This document shows, piece by piece, positions 43,138-54,866 of a stretch of 64,000 nucleotides of DNA. Position 1 is the stretch's first letter, and each line of letters opens with the position of its first letter. Source of the DNA: Sulfolobales archaeon HS-7 (GTDB lineage Archaea > Thermoproteota > Thermoprotei_A > Sulfolobales > Sulfolobaceae); the NCBI GenBank assembly GCA_019704295.1, contig AP024596.1, positions 1,760,001 through 1,824,000 of the forward strand. Reading direction: 5' to 3'. The translations under genes were made by a program, and so were the position numbers. The notes beneath the pieces were generated by a model. That model was not told the origin of the DNA and did no database searches. It saw only the letters and a list, made by a program, of their open reading frames with translations.

Positions 43138-44109
43138 TTTTGTTTCGATAAAATAAAGAAAGCCTTTTCTAGATTTTCTGATTCGATAAGGAAAGACGAT
43201 ACAAAAGAAGAGAATAGTGTACCACAAGATAGCAGAGGAGTTTTCGATTTTATTAGATACAGAGAAATTAATAGTGATAAAATAGATTCTACAATAGATG
43301 AAATAAAGGAAGAACTGATCGAGAGTGACATAACATTAGACACTTTGGAGGTAATAAGTAACAGATTAAAGTCTGAACTAGTGGGAAAAAAAGTAAAAAG
43401 AGGAAGCGAAAGCGAAATAATTATATCATCATTAAGAAACGTTGTAAAAACGATCCTTGAGAGGAGCACGTCCACTGAAGACCTTTTAGAGAAAATAAAG
43501 AATTCGCAGAGACCGTTTGTGATTATGTTTTTTGGTGCAAACGGTGTAGGGAAGACAACAACAATAGCTAAGGTCGCTTATCTGCTAAAGAAAAATGGTA
43601 TGACATCCTTAATAGCCGCTACTGACACGTTTAGAGCAGCTGCACAGGAACAGTTAGAGTATCATGCTAATAAGTTAGAAGTACCTCTCATTAAGGGTAA
43701 ATACGGGGGAGATCCATCAGCCGTCGCATTCGATGCTGTAGCTTCCGCTAAAGCTCGAAGATATGACGTTGTATTAATTGATACCGCAGGTAGAATGCAT
43801 AACGATAAGGACCTAATTGAGGAGTTGCGAAGGATGGTTAAAATAGTCCAACCGCAAGAGAAAATATTAATAATAGACTCACTGGCGGGCTATGACGCTT
43901 TGGAACAGGTAAAAGCTTACGACAGGGCAATTAATTTCACTGGACTGATCGTGACCAAAGCCGACGCAGATGTAAAGGGAGGAATAATTCTTTCTATAGC
44001 TGCAGAGTTGGCAAAACCTATATATTATCTTGGGATAGGTCAGGATTATAATGATTTAGTAAAATTTTCTCCTGAATGGTTAATACCTAAGCTACTCCCA
44101 AATAATTAG
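43138..44109 (+). CDS. ftsY: SRP receptor FtsY (start unresolved)
   Basis: GANGVGKTTTIAK, DTFRAAA, DTAGR, TKAD...KGG, G.GQ; frame open from 43138 (FCFDKIKKAFS). Confidence 0.95.
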   Translation, partial: FCFDKIKKAFSRFSDSIRKDDTKEENSVPQDSRGVFDFIRYREINSDKIDSTIDEIKEELIESDITLDTLEVISNRLKSELVGKKVKRGSESEIIISSLRNVVKTILERSTSTEDLLEKIKNSQRPFVIMFFGANGVGKTTTIAKVAYLLKKNGMTSLIAATDTFRAAAQEQLEYHANKLEVPLIKGKYGGDPSAVAFDAVASAKARRYDVVLIDTAGRMHNDKDLIEELRRMVKIVQPQEKILIIDSLAGYDALEQVKAYDRAINFTGLIVTKADADVKGGIILSIAAELAKPIYYLGIGQDYNDLVKFSPEWLIPKLLPNN

Positions 44110-44140
44110 ATTTTTATAACTTACGGTAAATATTAATTAT

Positions 44141-44335
44141 ATGGCAGAGCAGGGTGGGGATCTTAAGAAATACTTCAGTGGGTTAAGGGACGGATGGAAA
44201 AGGATATTATCAGTATCAAAGAAACCAGATAGAAAGGAATTTTCATTTGATCTGAAGATAACTCTGTTAGCAATAGCGGTTGTTGGGATTATAGCATACC
44301 TAATTCAATTAGGTCTTTCCCTAGTTTTTGGGTGA
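44141..44335 (+). CDS. secE: protein translocase SecE/Sec61-gamma
   Basis: WKRILSVSKKPD..EF followed by a TM segment. Confidence 0.9.
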   Translation: MAEQGGDLKKYFSGLRDGWKRILSVSKKPDRKEFSFDLKITLLAIAVVGIIAYLIQLGLSLVFG

Positions 44336-44801
44336 GCTTTTGGAGAGAACTAAGGCAAGTAATTTTTACGCTATAAAGGTAACCGCTGGTCAGGAAATAA
44401 ACGTTGCATTAATGATAGAGGAAAGGGCGAAATTACAAGGAGAAGTTAACATATATTCTGTGATTATTCCCCCCAATCTAAAGGGATATGTAATTGTTGA
44501 AGCAACAGGCCTTCATGTAATAAAGCCGATAATAGCTGGAATACGATATGTTAAAGGATTGGTTCCAGGCATGCTTACCGACGCAGACATCTCACAGTTT
44601 CTTGAAAAGAAAACAGTTCAACATGGTTACAAGGCCGGCGATATGGTAGAGATAATAGCAGGTCCGTTTAAGGGAATGGAAGCACAGGTTGTAAGAGTGG
44701 AGACGAGCAAAGACGAAGTGATGCTCACAGTTCTTGAATCCGCATATCCGCTTCAGGTTACGGTACCCACAGATTATATTAGGCCCTCTAAGAAAAAATA
44801 G
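44328..44801 (+). CDS. spt5: transcription elongation factor Spt5/NusG
   Basis: TAGQE, KGYVIVE, KOW motif GD.VEIIAGPFKG. Confidence 0.96.
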   Translation: MGELLERTKASNFYAIKVTAGQEINVALMIEERAKLQGEVNIYSVIIPPNLKGYVIVEATGLHVIKPIIAGIRYVKGLVPGMLTDADISQFLEKKTVQHGYKAGDMVEIIAGPFKGMEAQVVRVETSKDEVMLTVLESAYPLQVTVPTDYIRPSKKK

Positions 44802-44811
44802 TTGAACAAAG

Positions 44812-45321
44812 TTGGTAATGAAGACTCTAAAGTTTACGGTAGAAGGTGGTCAGGCTAGGCCTGGTCCCCCATTAGGCCCCACGTTGTCACAAATGGGTAT
44901 AAATGTTGCAGAGGCCGTGAAGAGAATAAACGACGTTACAGCCGACTTCAAGGGGATGACGGTTCCTGTAACGCTTGAAATAGATACCGATACTAAGAAG
45001 TATGAGGTAAAGGTTGGTATTCCTACAACTACTGCCCTTCTACTTAAGGCTGCGGGAGCACAAACACCATCTGGAGACCCAGCACATAAAAAAATTGGAA
45101 ACATATCTCTGAAGGACGTAGTTAACGTAGCGATAACGAAGAAGGATTCTCTAACGGCCAAGACGCTAGAGGGTGCTGTAATAACTATTCTGAGCTCTGC
45201 AGCCACTATAGGATTAACAGTTGAAAATGAGGAACCTAAAAAAGTTATTTCAGATATCTATAATAATAAGTACAGCGAAATGCTAAAAGAGTTTCAAAGT
45301 AAATGGGGTAACTCGTCATGA
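44812..45321 (+). CDS. rpl11: ribosomal protein L11
   Basis: GG.A.PGPPLGP, FKGMTVPV. Confidence 0.96.
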   Translation: MVMKTLKFTVEGGQARPGPPLGPTLSQMGINVAEAVKRINDVTADFKGMTVPVTLEIDTDTKKYEVKVGIPTTTALLLKAAGAQTPSGDPAHKKIGNISLKDVVNVAITKKDSLTAKTLEGAVITILSSAATIGLTVENEEPKKVISDIYNNKYSEMLKEFQSKWGNSS

Positions 45322-45968
45322 TGTTTGATGAGGGTAATGTTAAGAAAGCAATAGAGCAGGCATTATCACGGGAAAATAATCCCGAGAGGAAATACTTACA
45401 ATCGGTGCAAATTGACGTAGTACTTAAGGATATAGATATGAAGAAAGGTGAGGTAAAACTAAGAGAATCAGTAGTTTTACCTAATAGACCCTCTAAAGAG
45501 AGAAGAGTATTTGTTATTCCTACCATAGAACAACTTGAGAAAGTTAAGGAGTCTAAACCCGCTACGATTATGACAAAGGACGAGCTTCAGAAACTCCAAG
45601 GAAACAAAAAGGTGGCAAAGAAAATTGCAGCTAGACATGAGTGGTTTTTGATAGCTCAAGACTCAATGGCATTAGCCGGTAGGGTGTTAGGACCTGCATT
45701 GGGGCCTAGAGGTAAATTTCCTATTCCAGTACCGGGTAACGCTGAAATGAGTGAATTAGTAGATAGGTATAAAAAGTCAACTATAGTGAAAACGAAAGAT
45801 CAGCCTCACATTCAAGTTTTCGTGGGAACAGAAAACCAAAGCGTTAACGAACTTTACGGAAATATTGAGGCGGTTATGAATGTTATTGAGAGCAAGATAA
45901 GAGTAGAGTTTATAAAACTACTTTACGTGAAGACGGACATGGGTAAACCACAGGTGATAAGGAAATGA
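45318..45968 (+). CDS. rpl1: ribosomal protein L1
   Basis: QSV, LGPALGPRGKFP, KT.MGKP. Confidence 0.95.
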   Translation: MMFDEGNVKKAIEQALSRENNPERKYLQSVQIDVVLKDIDMKKGEVKLRESVVLPNRPSKERRVFVIPTIEQLEKVKESKPATIMTKDELQKLQGNKKVAKKIAARHEWFLIAQDSMALAGRVLGPALGPRGKFPIPVPGNAEMSELVDRYKKSTIVKTKDQPHIQVFVGTENQSVNELYGNIEAVMNVIESKIRVEFIKLLYVKTDMGKPQVIRK

Positions 45969-46954
45969 TGACTGAGAAGAAAATTCCTAAATGGAAGCTT
46001 GAAGAGGTAAATGAGCTAGAAAAACTTCTAAAAGAAAACAAGGGATTTATAATCGCTTCGGTGGAAAGTTTTCCTGCAGATAAACTACACGACATTAGAC
46101 GAAGGTTAAGGGGAAGGGCTTTACTTAAGGTAACTAAGAATAGTCTAATGGATATAGCATTAGAGGAAGCGGGGATTAAGAATGAGGAGATCCGGAAATA
46201 TTTAACAGGTCCTAACGTAATTATATTTACTAGCGAGAATCCGTTCCTCTTAGATTTGGAGTTATCGAAGAATAAGCTCAGGAAATTCGCTGTGGGAGGA
46301 GAGAATGCTGATGAGGACGTAATCCTGCCGGCAGGAGATACAGGTATAGCGGCAGGTCCTATGTTAAGCGTTTTTGGGAAACTGAAAATCCAGACTAAAG
46401 TTCAAGACGGAAAAATACATATAGCTAAAGATACGGTAATTGCGAAAAAAGGGGAGAAAATACCTCAGGAGATAACTCCGATTTTACAGAAGCTTGGTAT
46501 TCAGCCTGTATACATTCAACTTAAAATTAAGGGTGCTTACTACGAAGACATAGTAATTAACGGAGAAAATCTGCACCTTAATATCGATGATTATAGAATG
46601 AACGTTATAAGCGCACATCTATTCGGGAAGCAACTGGCAGTAGAAATTTCCTATCCTGCGCCAGAGGTATTAGACGAAATTATACTGATAGATGTAAGAA
46701 GGGCGATTAGCCTAGCTTCAGAATTGGGTTACGTGACGCCTGAAACAGTTCGACCTATCCTGGTTAATAGCGCTGTTAGGGCCATGGTACTAGCGTCTTC
46801 AATTAGTAATAAGGTCGACTTAGGAATTGAACTAGCAAAACCACAGGAGAAAAAGGAAGAGAAGAAGGAGGAACAGGAAAAGAAACCCGAAGAGGAGAAG
46901 AAAGGTCCCAGTGAAGAGGAAATAGCAGGGGGACTTGCGAGCCTCTTCGGATAA
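45965..46954 (+). CDS. rplP0: ribosomal protein L10/P0
   Basis: IP.WK, KVTKN, AGDTG..AGP, C-terminal GLASLFG. Confidence 0.96.
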   Translation: MMTEKKIPKWKLEEVNELEKLLKENKGFIIASVESFPADKLHDIRRRLRGRALLKVTKNSLMDIALEEAGIKNEEIRKYLTGPNVIIFTSENPFLLDLELSKNKLRKFAVGGENADEDVILPAGDTGIAAGPMLSVFGKLKIQTKVQDGKIHIAKDTVIAKKGEKIPQEITPILQKLGIQPVYIQLKIKGAYYEDIVINGENLHLNIDDYRMNVISAHLFGKQLAVEISYPAPEVLDEIILIDVRRAISLASELGYVTPETVRPILVNSAVRAMVLASSISNKVDLGIELAKPQEKKEEKKEEQEKKPEEEKKGPSEEEIAGGLASLFG

Positions 46955-47320
46955 AAGACTTTTTAAGAGAGTATGTAATGAAAAATAGGTAGGTGTAATA
47001 TATGGAGTACATATACGCTAGTTTACTGTTACATTCTGCTAAGAAGGAAATAAGTGAGGAGTCCCTGAAAAACGTTCTTTCAGCTGCGGGGATTACTGTT
47101 GACGAAGTAAGAATAAAAGCTTTGGTAGCTGCTCTTAAGGAAGTAAATATAGACGAAGTTCTAAAGAATGCAACGGCAATGCCAGTAGCAGTGGCACAGG
47201 CAGCGCCTGCACAGGAGAAAAAGGAAGAGAAGAAGGAGGAACAGGAAAAGAAACCCGAAGAGGAGAAGAAAGGTCCCAGTGAAGAGGAAATAGCAGGGGG
47301 ACTTGCGAGCCTCTTCGGAT
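46842..47320 (+). repeat. identical 111-bp direct repeat (46842-46952 and 47210-47320) at the 3' ends of rplP0 and rpl12
   Basis: Compared base by base; no mismatch found. Confidence 0.95.
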
Positions 47321-47322
47321 GA
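47002..47322 (+). CDS. rpl12: ribosomal protein L12/P1
   Basis: [11 protein letters not shown]...GLASLFG. Confidence 0.97.
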   Translation: MEYIYASLLLHSAKKEISEESLKNVLSAAGITVDEVRIKALVAALKEVNIDEVLKNATAMPVAVAQAAPAQEKKEEKKEEQEKKPEEEKKGPSEEEIAGGLASLFG

Positions 47323-47365
47323 AAACACTTAAAGATTTTTAGACGTTTTTAAAAACTGATAACTA

Positions 47366-50053
47366 ATGGAACAACGTGAGTATAGACTATCTTTCTTTGA
47401 CAGGAATAATTACATAAGAAGGGCGTGTGTTTCGTGTGGTACTCCTTTTTGGAGCAAGGGAAATAACGATAAATGTGCCGACACGCCCTGTACTAATTAC
47501 TACTTTTTCGATATGGAACTAAACACCCCGAAACTTAATGTTAAGCAGTCGAGGGAATTATTCATTAATTTCTTTAAACGTAAAGGGCACACCTACATTT
47601 CTCCAAGGCCAGTATTAGCTAGATGGAGGGAGGATCTCTATCTCACCATTGCCAGCATAGTTGTGTTTCAGCCTCATGTGACAAGTGGATTAGTAGAACC
47701 CCCAGCAAATCCGCTGGTTATTTCTCAGCCATCAATAAGACTAGACGATATAGACAACGTTGGTGTTACATTTGGAAGACATTTGACAACTTTTGAAATG
47801 GCAGCCCATCACGCGTTCAATTACCCTGATAAATACGTATACTGGAAGGATGAAACAGTCGAGTATGCTAAGGAGTTCTTCACTGAAGAAATGAAGATCC
47901 CTGAGGAAATGCTAAACTTTAAGGAATCCTGGTGGGAAGGTGGTGGTAATGCGGGTCCGTGTTTTGAGGTTACTGTTGGAGGATTAGAGTTAGCTACTCT
48001 AGTGTTCATACAGTATAGGAAGAATGGAGATAATTATGAACCTCTTCCCCTAAAAATAGTTGACACCGGCTATGGAGTGGAAAGAATAGCTTGGTTCTCG
48101 CAGAGATCTCCTACCGCATTTCATGCAATTTACGGAGAATTAGTTGCCAAATTCTTTGATAAGATTGGGATATCTCCTCCTAACGAGGAGATTCTGAGGA
48201 AAGCCTCATATTACGCCGGCCAAATCGATACCGAGAACCCAGAAACGTTACAAAGGCATTTCAGGATGGTGGCAGAATCCTTAAAACTCGATACAAATCA
48301 GGTAAGGCAAGAACTTGAGACTTCCTCCAGAGTCTTTCAGGTTTTAGACCACACTAAGACCGTTGCTATGATGTTAGGAGATGGTTTAGTTCCGTCAAAT
48401 ACCGGTGAAGGTTATTTAGGACGATTAGTTATAAGAAGGGTTTTAAAGGTTCTTAGGCTCCTGAGATCATCCGTTGACCTACTTGATTTAATTAAAACAC
48501 AGATCGATTACTGGAAGGACGATTTCCCCCAGTTAAGCAAAAATAGGAACTACATTATCGATGCGGTAAGTAGCGAAGTTGAGAAGTTTGAGGAGGCATT
48601 GAGTAATGTAAACTCTGCTATATCTCTCCTTAAAAGAGAGGGGGGAAAGTCCCTAATAAAAATATATGATTCCTTCGGTATCCCCCCTGAAATCCTCGCC
48701 GAAGAGGCATCAAAGAGAGGAATGAAGGTTGAAATTCCTCGTGATTTTTACGCTAGGGTAGCAAAGATTCATGGAAACGCGCCGTTAAAATCGTTCCAAT
48801 CAGAAAAATTGCCACGGGAAGTAATAGAGGACGTTAGGAACTTGCCTAAGACAGAACTTCTTTACTATACCGATCCATATCTTAGGACCTTTTTTGGGAA
48901 AGTAATATGGAGTAACGGAAAATATGTTGTAATGGACAGAACAGTCTTTTACCCTGAGGGGGGTGGTCAGCTAGGTGATCAGGGAATTATTATGGACGAA
49001 AATAACGAATACAAGGTCCTAGATACCCAAGCAGTTGACGGCGTCGTGGTTCATATCCTTGAAAGTGGAACGATAAAACCTGGTTCTACCGTAAAAGGTA
49101 CAATAGATTGGGAAAGAAGGTATAGACTAATGAGGCATCATACTACGACGCATATAGTTTTGGCTGCGGCGAAAAAGATTCTTGGTTCCCATGTATGGCA
49201 AGCAGGCGCTGAGAAAAGGCCTGATAAAGCTAGACTTGACATAACCCATTTCAGAATGCCTACGACGGAAGAAATCCAAAGTATAGAGGAATCCGCTAAT
49301 AAAATAGTGCTGGATAGAAGAGATGTTACTCCTTTAGTTATAAACAAAAATGAGGCTGAAGCAAAATACGGTTTTGATATATATGAGGGAGGACCTCAAC
49401 TTAGGAGGGATCTTAGGCTAATAGAGGTAAGAGATTGGGATATAGAGGCGTGCGGAGGAACTCATGTCAAAAACACAAGTGAAATAGGGGGGATAAAAAT
49501 TGTCAATGTTGATAAAATACAGGATGGTATTATACGATTAGAGTACGTCGCGGGAGACATCGTATCTAAATACGCATTAAGCCTCGAAAATAGACTAAAT
49601 AAGATAGCAACGCTTCTTAATACTTCTCCCTCTGAAGTTGAAGAAAGACTTACGTCATATCTCAAAAGGACTTCTGAAAATGACAGAGTGTTAAGGGAAT
49701 ACCGGACGATGTTTGTAAGGAACCTAGAAAACACTTTAAGACCTGAGATCATTAACGATAAGCGGTTATACATTATTCCAGAACTTCCCGAGGAGTCAAT
49801 TCTACAAGATATTATGAGAAAGATCACTACTAATCCGAAGACCTTAGTGGTCTACTTTAGAGAGAGTAATAACGCGACAAGGGTGGAAATAGCCTGTTCC
49901 AGCGATCTCAATGTAGAGGCAGTAATCGCAGAGTTGATAAGAAAGTTCAATGGAAGAGGAGGTGGAAAAGGAACTAAAGGACAAGTAGTGACAAATGTTG
50001 CAGGAAAAGATAAAGCTATCCAGGAAATTAAGGGAATCCTATACCGATTATAA
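47366..50053 (+). CDS. alaS: alanyl-tRNA synthetase
   Basis: ARWREDLYLTIASI, DTGYG.ER, FYPEGGGQ, HTTTH and CGGTH editing motifs, GGG tail. Confidence 0.97.
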   Translation: MEQREYRLSFFDRNNYIRRACVSCGTPFWSKGNNDKCADTPCTNYYFFDMELNTPKLNVKQSRELFINFFKRKGHTYISPRPVLARWREDLYLTIASIVVFQPHVTSGLVEPPANPLVISQPSIRLDDIDNVGVTFGRHLTTFEMAAHHAFNYPDKYVYWKDETVEYAKEFFTEEMKIPEEMLNFKESWWEGGGNAGPCFEVTVGGLELATLVFIQYRKNGDNYEPLPLKIVDTGYGVERIAWFSQRSPTAFHAIYGELVAKFFDKIGISPPNEEILRKASYYAGQIDTENPETLQRHFRMVAESLKLDTNQVRQELETSSRVFQVLDHTKTVAMMLGDGLVPSNTGEGYLGRLVIRRVLKVLRLLRSSVDLLDLIKTQIDYWKDDFPQLSKNRNYIIDAVSSEVEKFEEALSNVNSAISLLKREGGKSLIKIYDSFGIPPEILAEEASKRGMKVEIPRDFYARVAKIHGNAPLKSFQSEKLPREVIEDVRNLPKTELLYYTDPYLRTFFGKVIWSNGKYVVMDRTVFYPEGGGQLGDQGIIMDENNEYKVLDTQAVDGVVVHILESGTIKPGSTVKGTIDWERRYRLMRHHTTTHIVLAAAKKILGSHVWQAGAEKRPDKARLDITHFRMPTTEEIQSIEESANKIVLDRRDVTPLVINKNEAEAKYGFDIYEGGPQLRRDLRLIEVRDWDIEACGGTHVKNTSEIGGIKIVNVDKIQDGIIRLEYVAGDIVSKYALSLENRLNKIATLLNTSPSEVEERLTSYLKRTSENDRVLREYRTMFVRNLENTLRPEIINDKRLYIIPELPEESILQDIMRKITTNPKTLVVYFRESNNATRVEIACSSDLNVEAVIAELIRKFNGRGGGKGTKGQVVTNVAGKDKAIQEIKGILYRL

Positions 50054-50618
50054 GTATCTACTTAACAGGGGATATAAAAGGGAATTAGCACTAAGGGTGG
50101 TCACAGACAGGTACACTCTTACGTCAGAGGAAAGATTAATTCTATATAGATGTACACATTCGGATTATGAAATATATCAAATAAGGGCAAAGTTACGAGA
50201 CTCTAATGTAGTTGTAGTAGACGGGTTTAATATAGCCTCAATTATCATTAACTTAATAAAAGGAGATGATGTATACGAATGCGATGATGGATTCCCTCGC
50301 GATAAGTCGTTAGGCAAATATAAGGGAGAATCAAATTTGGTGATAGATGCAATAATTCTATTGGCCGAGGAGCTAGGACGTCAATTGATAATATACTTTG
50401 ACTATCCCGTTAGTAGAAGCGGAGAAATTGCATCAGGTTTAAGAAAAAAGGGAATCTTAGCGGAGGCAGTTAATAGCGTTGACAAGAAATTAATAGAATC
50501 TAATATACCTGTTTTATCTACTGATTTCGTAGTATTGATTAAAACTCAGTATTTATTTAATCCGTTTCCTTTTCTGTTAAAAAAATGGGGTTTTTCTTTA
50601 TTTAGCTTATTTGATTAA
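49995..50618 (+). CDS. DUF434 domain protein
   Basis: YLLNRGY, VDGFN, DGFPRD, SRSGE. Confidence 0.8.
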   Translation: MLQEKIKLSRKLRESYTDYKYLLNRGYKRELALRVVTDRYTLTSEERLILYRCTHSDYEIYQIRAKLRDSNVVVVDGFNIASIIINLIKGDDVYECDDGFPRDKSLGKYKGESNLVIDAIILLAEELGRQLIIYFDYPVSRSGEIASGLRKKGILAEAVNSVDKKLIESNIPVLSTDFVVLIKTQYLFNPFPFLLKKWGFSLFSLFD

Positions 50619-51025
50619 TCTCTATATATTATTTTTAACCATAATAAAGTGGTGAGAATTATGAGGATAATATTCAGTATAGCAGCAGGAATCACTATTG
50701 AGCTGGGCGGAAGTGGTTGATTTAGTAGAGGTCCAGAAACCTTAAATGCAAAAAACAAAAGAAGGGAATTTATTACATAAAGCGTGAAAATAATAGGTAT
50801 CAATCTTCTTGTACCACTTAATATTTCATACGCTGCGAATAAGTAAAGTGCAGAAGCGAATCCAAAATACTCTGCATACTCCGCGAATACGAAAGAATAA
50901 TGGCCTGTTACTGAGGCGGCAAACGTCGCAGCACCATATCCAACATAAAAATGATAAATGGCCCAGCTAACAGAAAATACACCTAATGCATACCTTAGGA
51001 ATCTTTCGTTCAAGGTTTCTAACAT
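50615..51025 (-). CDS. membrane protein (about 4 TM)
   Basis: Hydrophobic segments; conserved-looking AIYHF. Confidence 0.7.
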   Translation of the reverse strand: MLETLNERFLRYALGVFSVSWAIYHFYVGYGAATFAASVTGHYSFVFAEYAEYFGFASALYLFAAYEILSGTRRLIPIIFTLYVINSLLLFFAFKVSGPLLNQPLPPSSIVIPAAILNIILIILTTLLWLKIIYRD

Positions 51026-51028
51026 CTG

Positions 51029-51238
51029 TTAACCCCACACGTATCCAGAGGAACTTGATGTTGTAGAAGAGTTTGATGTTGTAGAAGAAACAACTGATGA
51101 AGTCTCCGACGAACTCGTAGCTTGAGCTTTGTGTTGAGGAATTATATTAACCAACGCTGACGTTAACAAGATAACATTAGCAGCAACTACTAACAAAGAA
51201 ACTAATAATAATAACCCTACACCTAATTTCTTTTTCAT
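51029..51238 (-). CDS. small exported/anchored Ser/Thr-rich protein
   Basis: MKKK plus hydrophobic segment, S/T-rich tail ending GYVWG; GGTG SD upstream. Confidence 0.65.
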   Translation of the reverse strand: MKKKLGVGLLLLVSLLVVAANVILLTSALVNIIPQHKAQATSSSETSSVVSSTTSNSSTTSSSSGYVWG

Positions 51239-51487
51239 AATGACACCGTGTGATCAGTTGGTAAAAAAATTGATTAAAAATTTTTTGTTATTTATCTTGA
51301 CTGGGTATATCCAGTAATAACTATGCCGATTCAACTTCTAGAATAATATTAGCTGAGATTGAAATATGAAATGAAGCGTTTATGGGTCAACGAGGGGTGG
51401 ATCACCTAGAACTGTAAGGGGCTTGGACTTTATAGGATTTCATATTTCATCTCGATCCTTAGCCCTCGGACTTCATTAAAGTCACGG

Positions 51488-52776
51488 GACAGTGTCCAAT
51501 GCACAATAAATGTAATCTGCTTTATTAACTAAATTTTTATGAGAAAGACAAATTTAAAGAACTTACATGGAAGGATAATACTTAAGGGGGATTACACCTA
51601 GGTTATACCGTGGTAATGATCTACCAAGACGTAATTCCCCAAGAGTACTTGAGTTGGAAGAGTAAATATCTTTTGGAGTGCGAGCGAATCCTGAGTGAGT
51701 TAGAGGACGTAATTGTTAGCGAGTTCAAGGATCACAAGTTCTCCAAGTATGAACGCGGTCTACTTGAAGATGCTGATCGTGAGGGTACTTTTCGGAGAGT
51801 CGTATAGGGGAGTAATTGAGCTAGCGGTTACCAATGAAGTGGTCAAGGTTTTCCTCAGCGTTAAAGAGGTTCCCTCGAGGTCCTCTTGAACTGGTTTGTG
51901 TACAAGTACGAAGATAGAGTTAGGGATCTACTCCTCAAGGTCTTCAGGAGATTGGAGTCGCGAGTTAACGAGGAGCAACTTCCACCACTTCCTAGCGAAG
52001 GACAAGTTCGGAATGCAAAGGCTGATGGACAGCTTTCCCGTGGAGCTTCCTCACGGGGAGAAGATCGTGGAAACGCACATTGAGAAACTAGTGTTGGATC
52101 TAAGGGAAATTGATCCGAGGAAGAAACCTCATGAAGTGTTTGCGACACTCGATGAGAGGAAAAGGGATCAACTCTTTTCTCATTTCCCTGTAAATTACAC
52201 CCTTAGCGAACATGAGGGTAGCTGGAGGAAGAAGTGGGGGAAAGCCTGGTTCGGGGGGGAAGTGCTTCGCCGAGATCTCGACGAAGACCCTCATGGTTTG
52301 CAAGGTTAAGATAGTTCCGGCCAACGTCTCCGACTTTAAATCTCCCATAAAGCCAAACGTGATCGCGCTTGTGGACAGGGGGTTTGCGGAGAAAGGCAAG
52401 GTGATCAGAGTCAAGAATGGCTTGGGAATACTGAGAGGAGGCGTTAAATTCTTCGGAACTTTCCTCAGAACACGAGGCCTTACGCGAGGAGCATGAGGAG
52501 ATTGAATGTCTTTGCCAGCCTCTTGGGCCTAGCTTACAATATTCAGCGGTTTAGCTCCGCTAGAAAGCGCTGAAATCTCCACTTAAAACCCCGCTAGAGA
52601 AGCTCGTCCCTAGCCTTGATTCTCGAAAGTTTCAAGATTACTTGCAAGTGTACTTAATAAACTGATTTTATATTGTTTCTTCACTAGTAATTAAGCGAAT
52701 TTAATTCTAGACTTACGTGTTTTATAACTTTTTACTTTATTTAGTTATTCACATTAATTACACATTGGACACTGTC
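51488..52776 (+). mobile_element. IS5-family element (ISC1234/ISC1290-like), 1289 bp
   Basis: 14-bp terminal inverted repeats GACAGTGTCCAATG / CATTGGACACTGTC enclosing transposase fragments. Confidence 0.85.
51610..52570 (+). pseudogene. frameshifted DDE transposase
   Basis: Pieces in three frames: MDSFPVE, WRKKWGKAWFG/GKCF, PANVSD, VDRGF. Confidence 0.8.
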
Positions 52777-52780
52777 TCGA

Positions 52781-53310
52781 GGCAAATCCGTCGTTATATT
52801 CGTAGGGGCTGAGTGGTGTCCTTACTGTGGTGCCGAAATGTAGGCCTTAATGCTAACCTTAGACAGATTCTGCAATATTACGTCACTGAGATACATGATA
52901 TCCTCCTCCCAAGAGAAAATAAAGAATGTACCCATATTCACTTTATACGGAGTCAATTACTTGAGTCCTTATATTTCGCTATTAGAGTACGAGTTCGAGA
53001 ATAGACAACACCAGCCGCTTCAACAGGTACCATCTAACATTTACTAGTTTTAGCAAGGAGTGGGCGGGGCGATACCGTTCATATACGTGGGTGGTTTTTG
53101 CTACCAAGTCGGCACTATGATAAATCCCACACTAATGGCAAATACTAACTGGAGTTTTGTTATATCGCAACTAACTAATCCGAGTTCTCCAATATCGGAA
53201 CAGGTTTATTCTGAAGCGAGTGTCCTTACAGCAGAAATATGTTCAGTTGATGGGAACTCTCCCTCTAGTGTATGTGGAGCTCATATTATAATGGCGTTAG
53301 AAGCCAAGTT
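52781..53310 (+). pseudogene. DUF929-family thioredoxin-like gene, 5'-truncated with internal stops
   Basis: GKSVVIFVGAEWCPYCGAEM*ALM...GAIPFIYVGG...AEICSVDGNSPSSVC. Confidence 0.75.
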
Positions 53311-53426
53311 AAAGAATAAAACAAATTATCAAACTGGAGGAAACGTTTTTGAGAGTCAGCCTAGGTCCTTTCCGCAAGTTAGCTCAAAAGTACAGGGGAA
53401 TCCATCATTAGGGGAAAACGATTTAA

Positions 53427-54731
<1,305 letters not shown>

Positions 54732-54866
54732 CCATTTCGAAATTATATAATCGATAACTCTGTATTAACAGATTTCTTTACTTTCCTGTATTTTACGCTA
54801 TCTCTCTAGGAAGTGATCTAGAAAAGAGGTAACAAGGTTAAATATGTTAAATGTGTATAATAGTTT

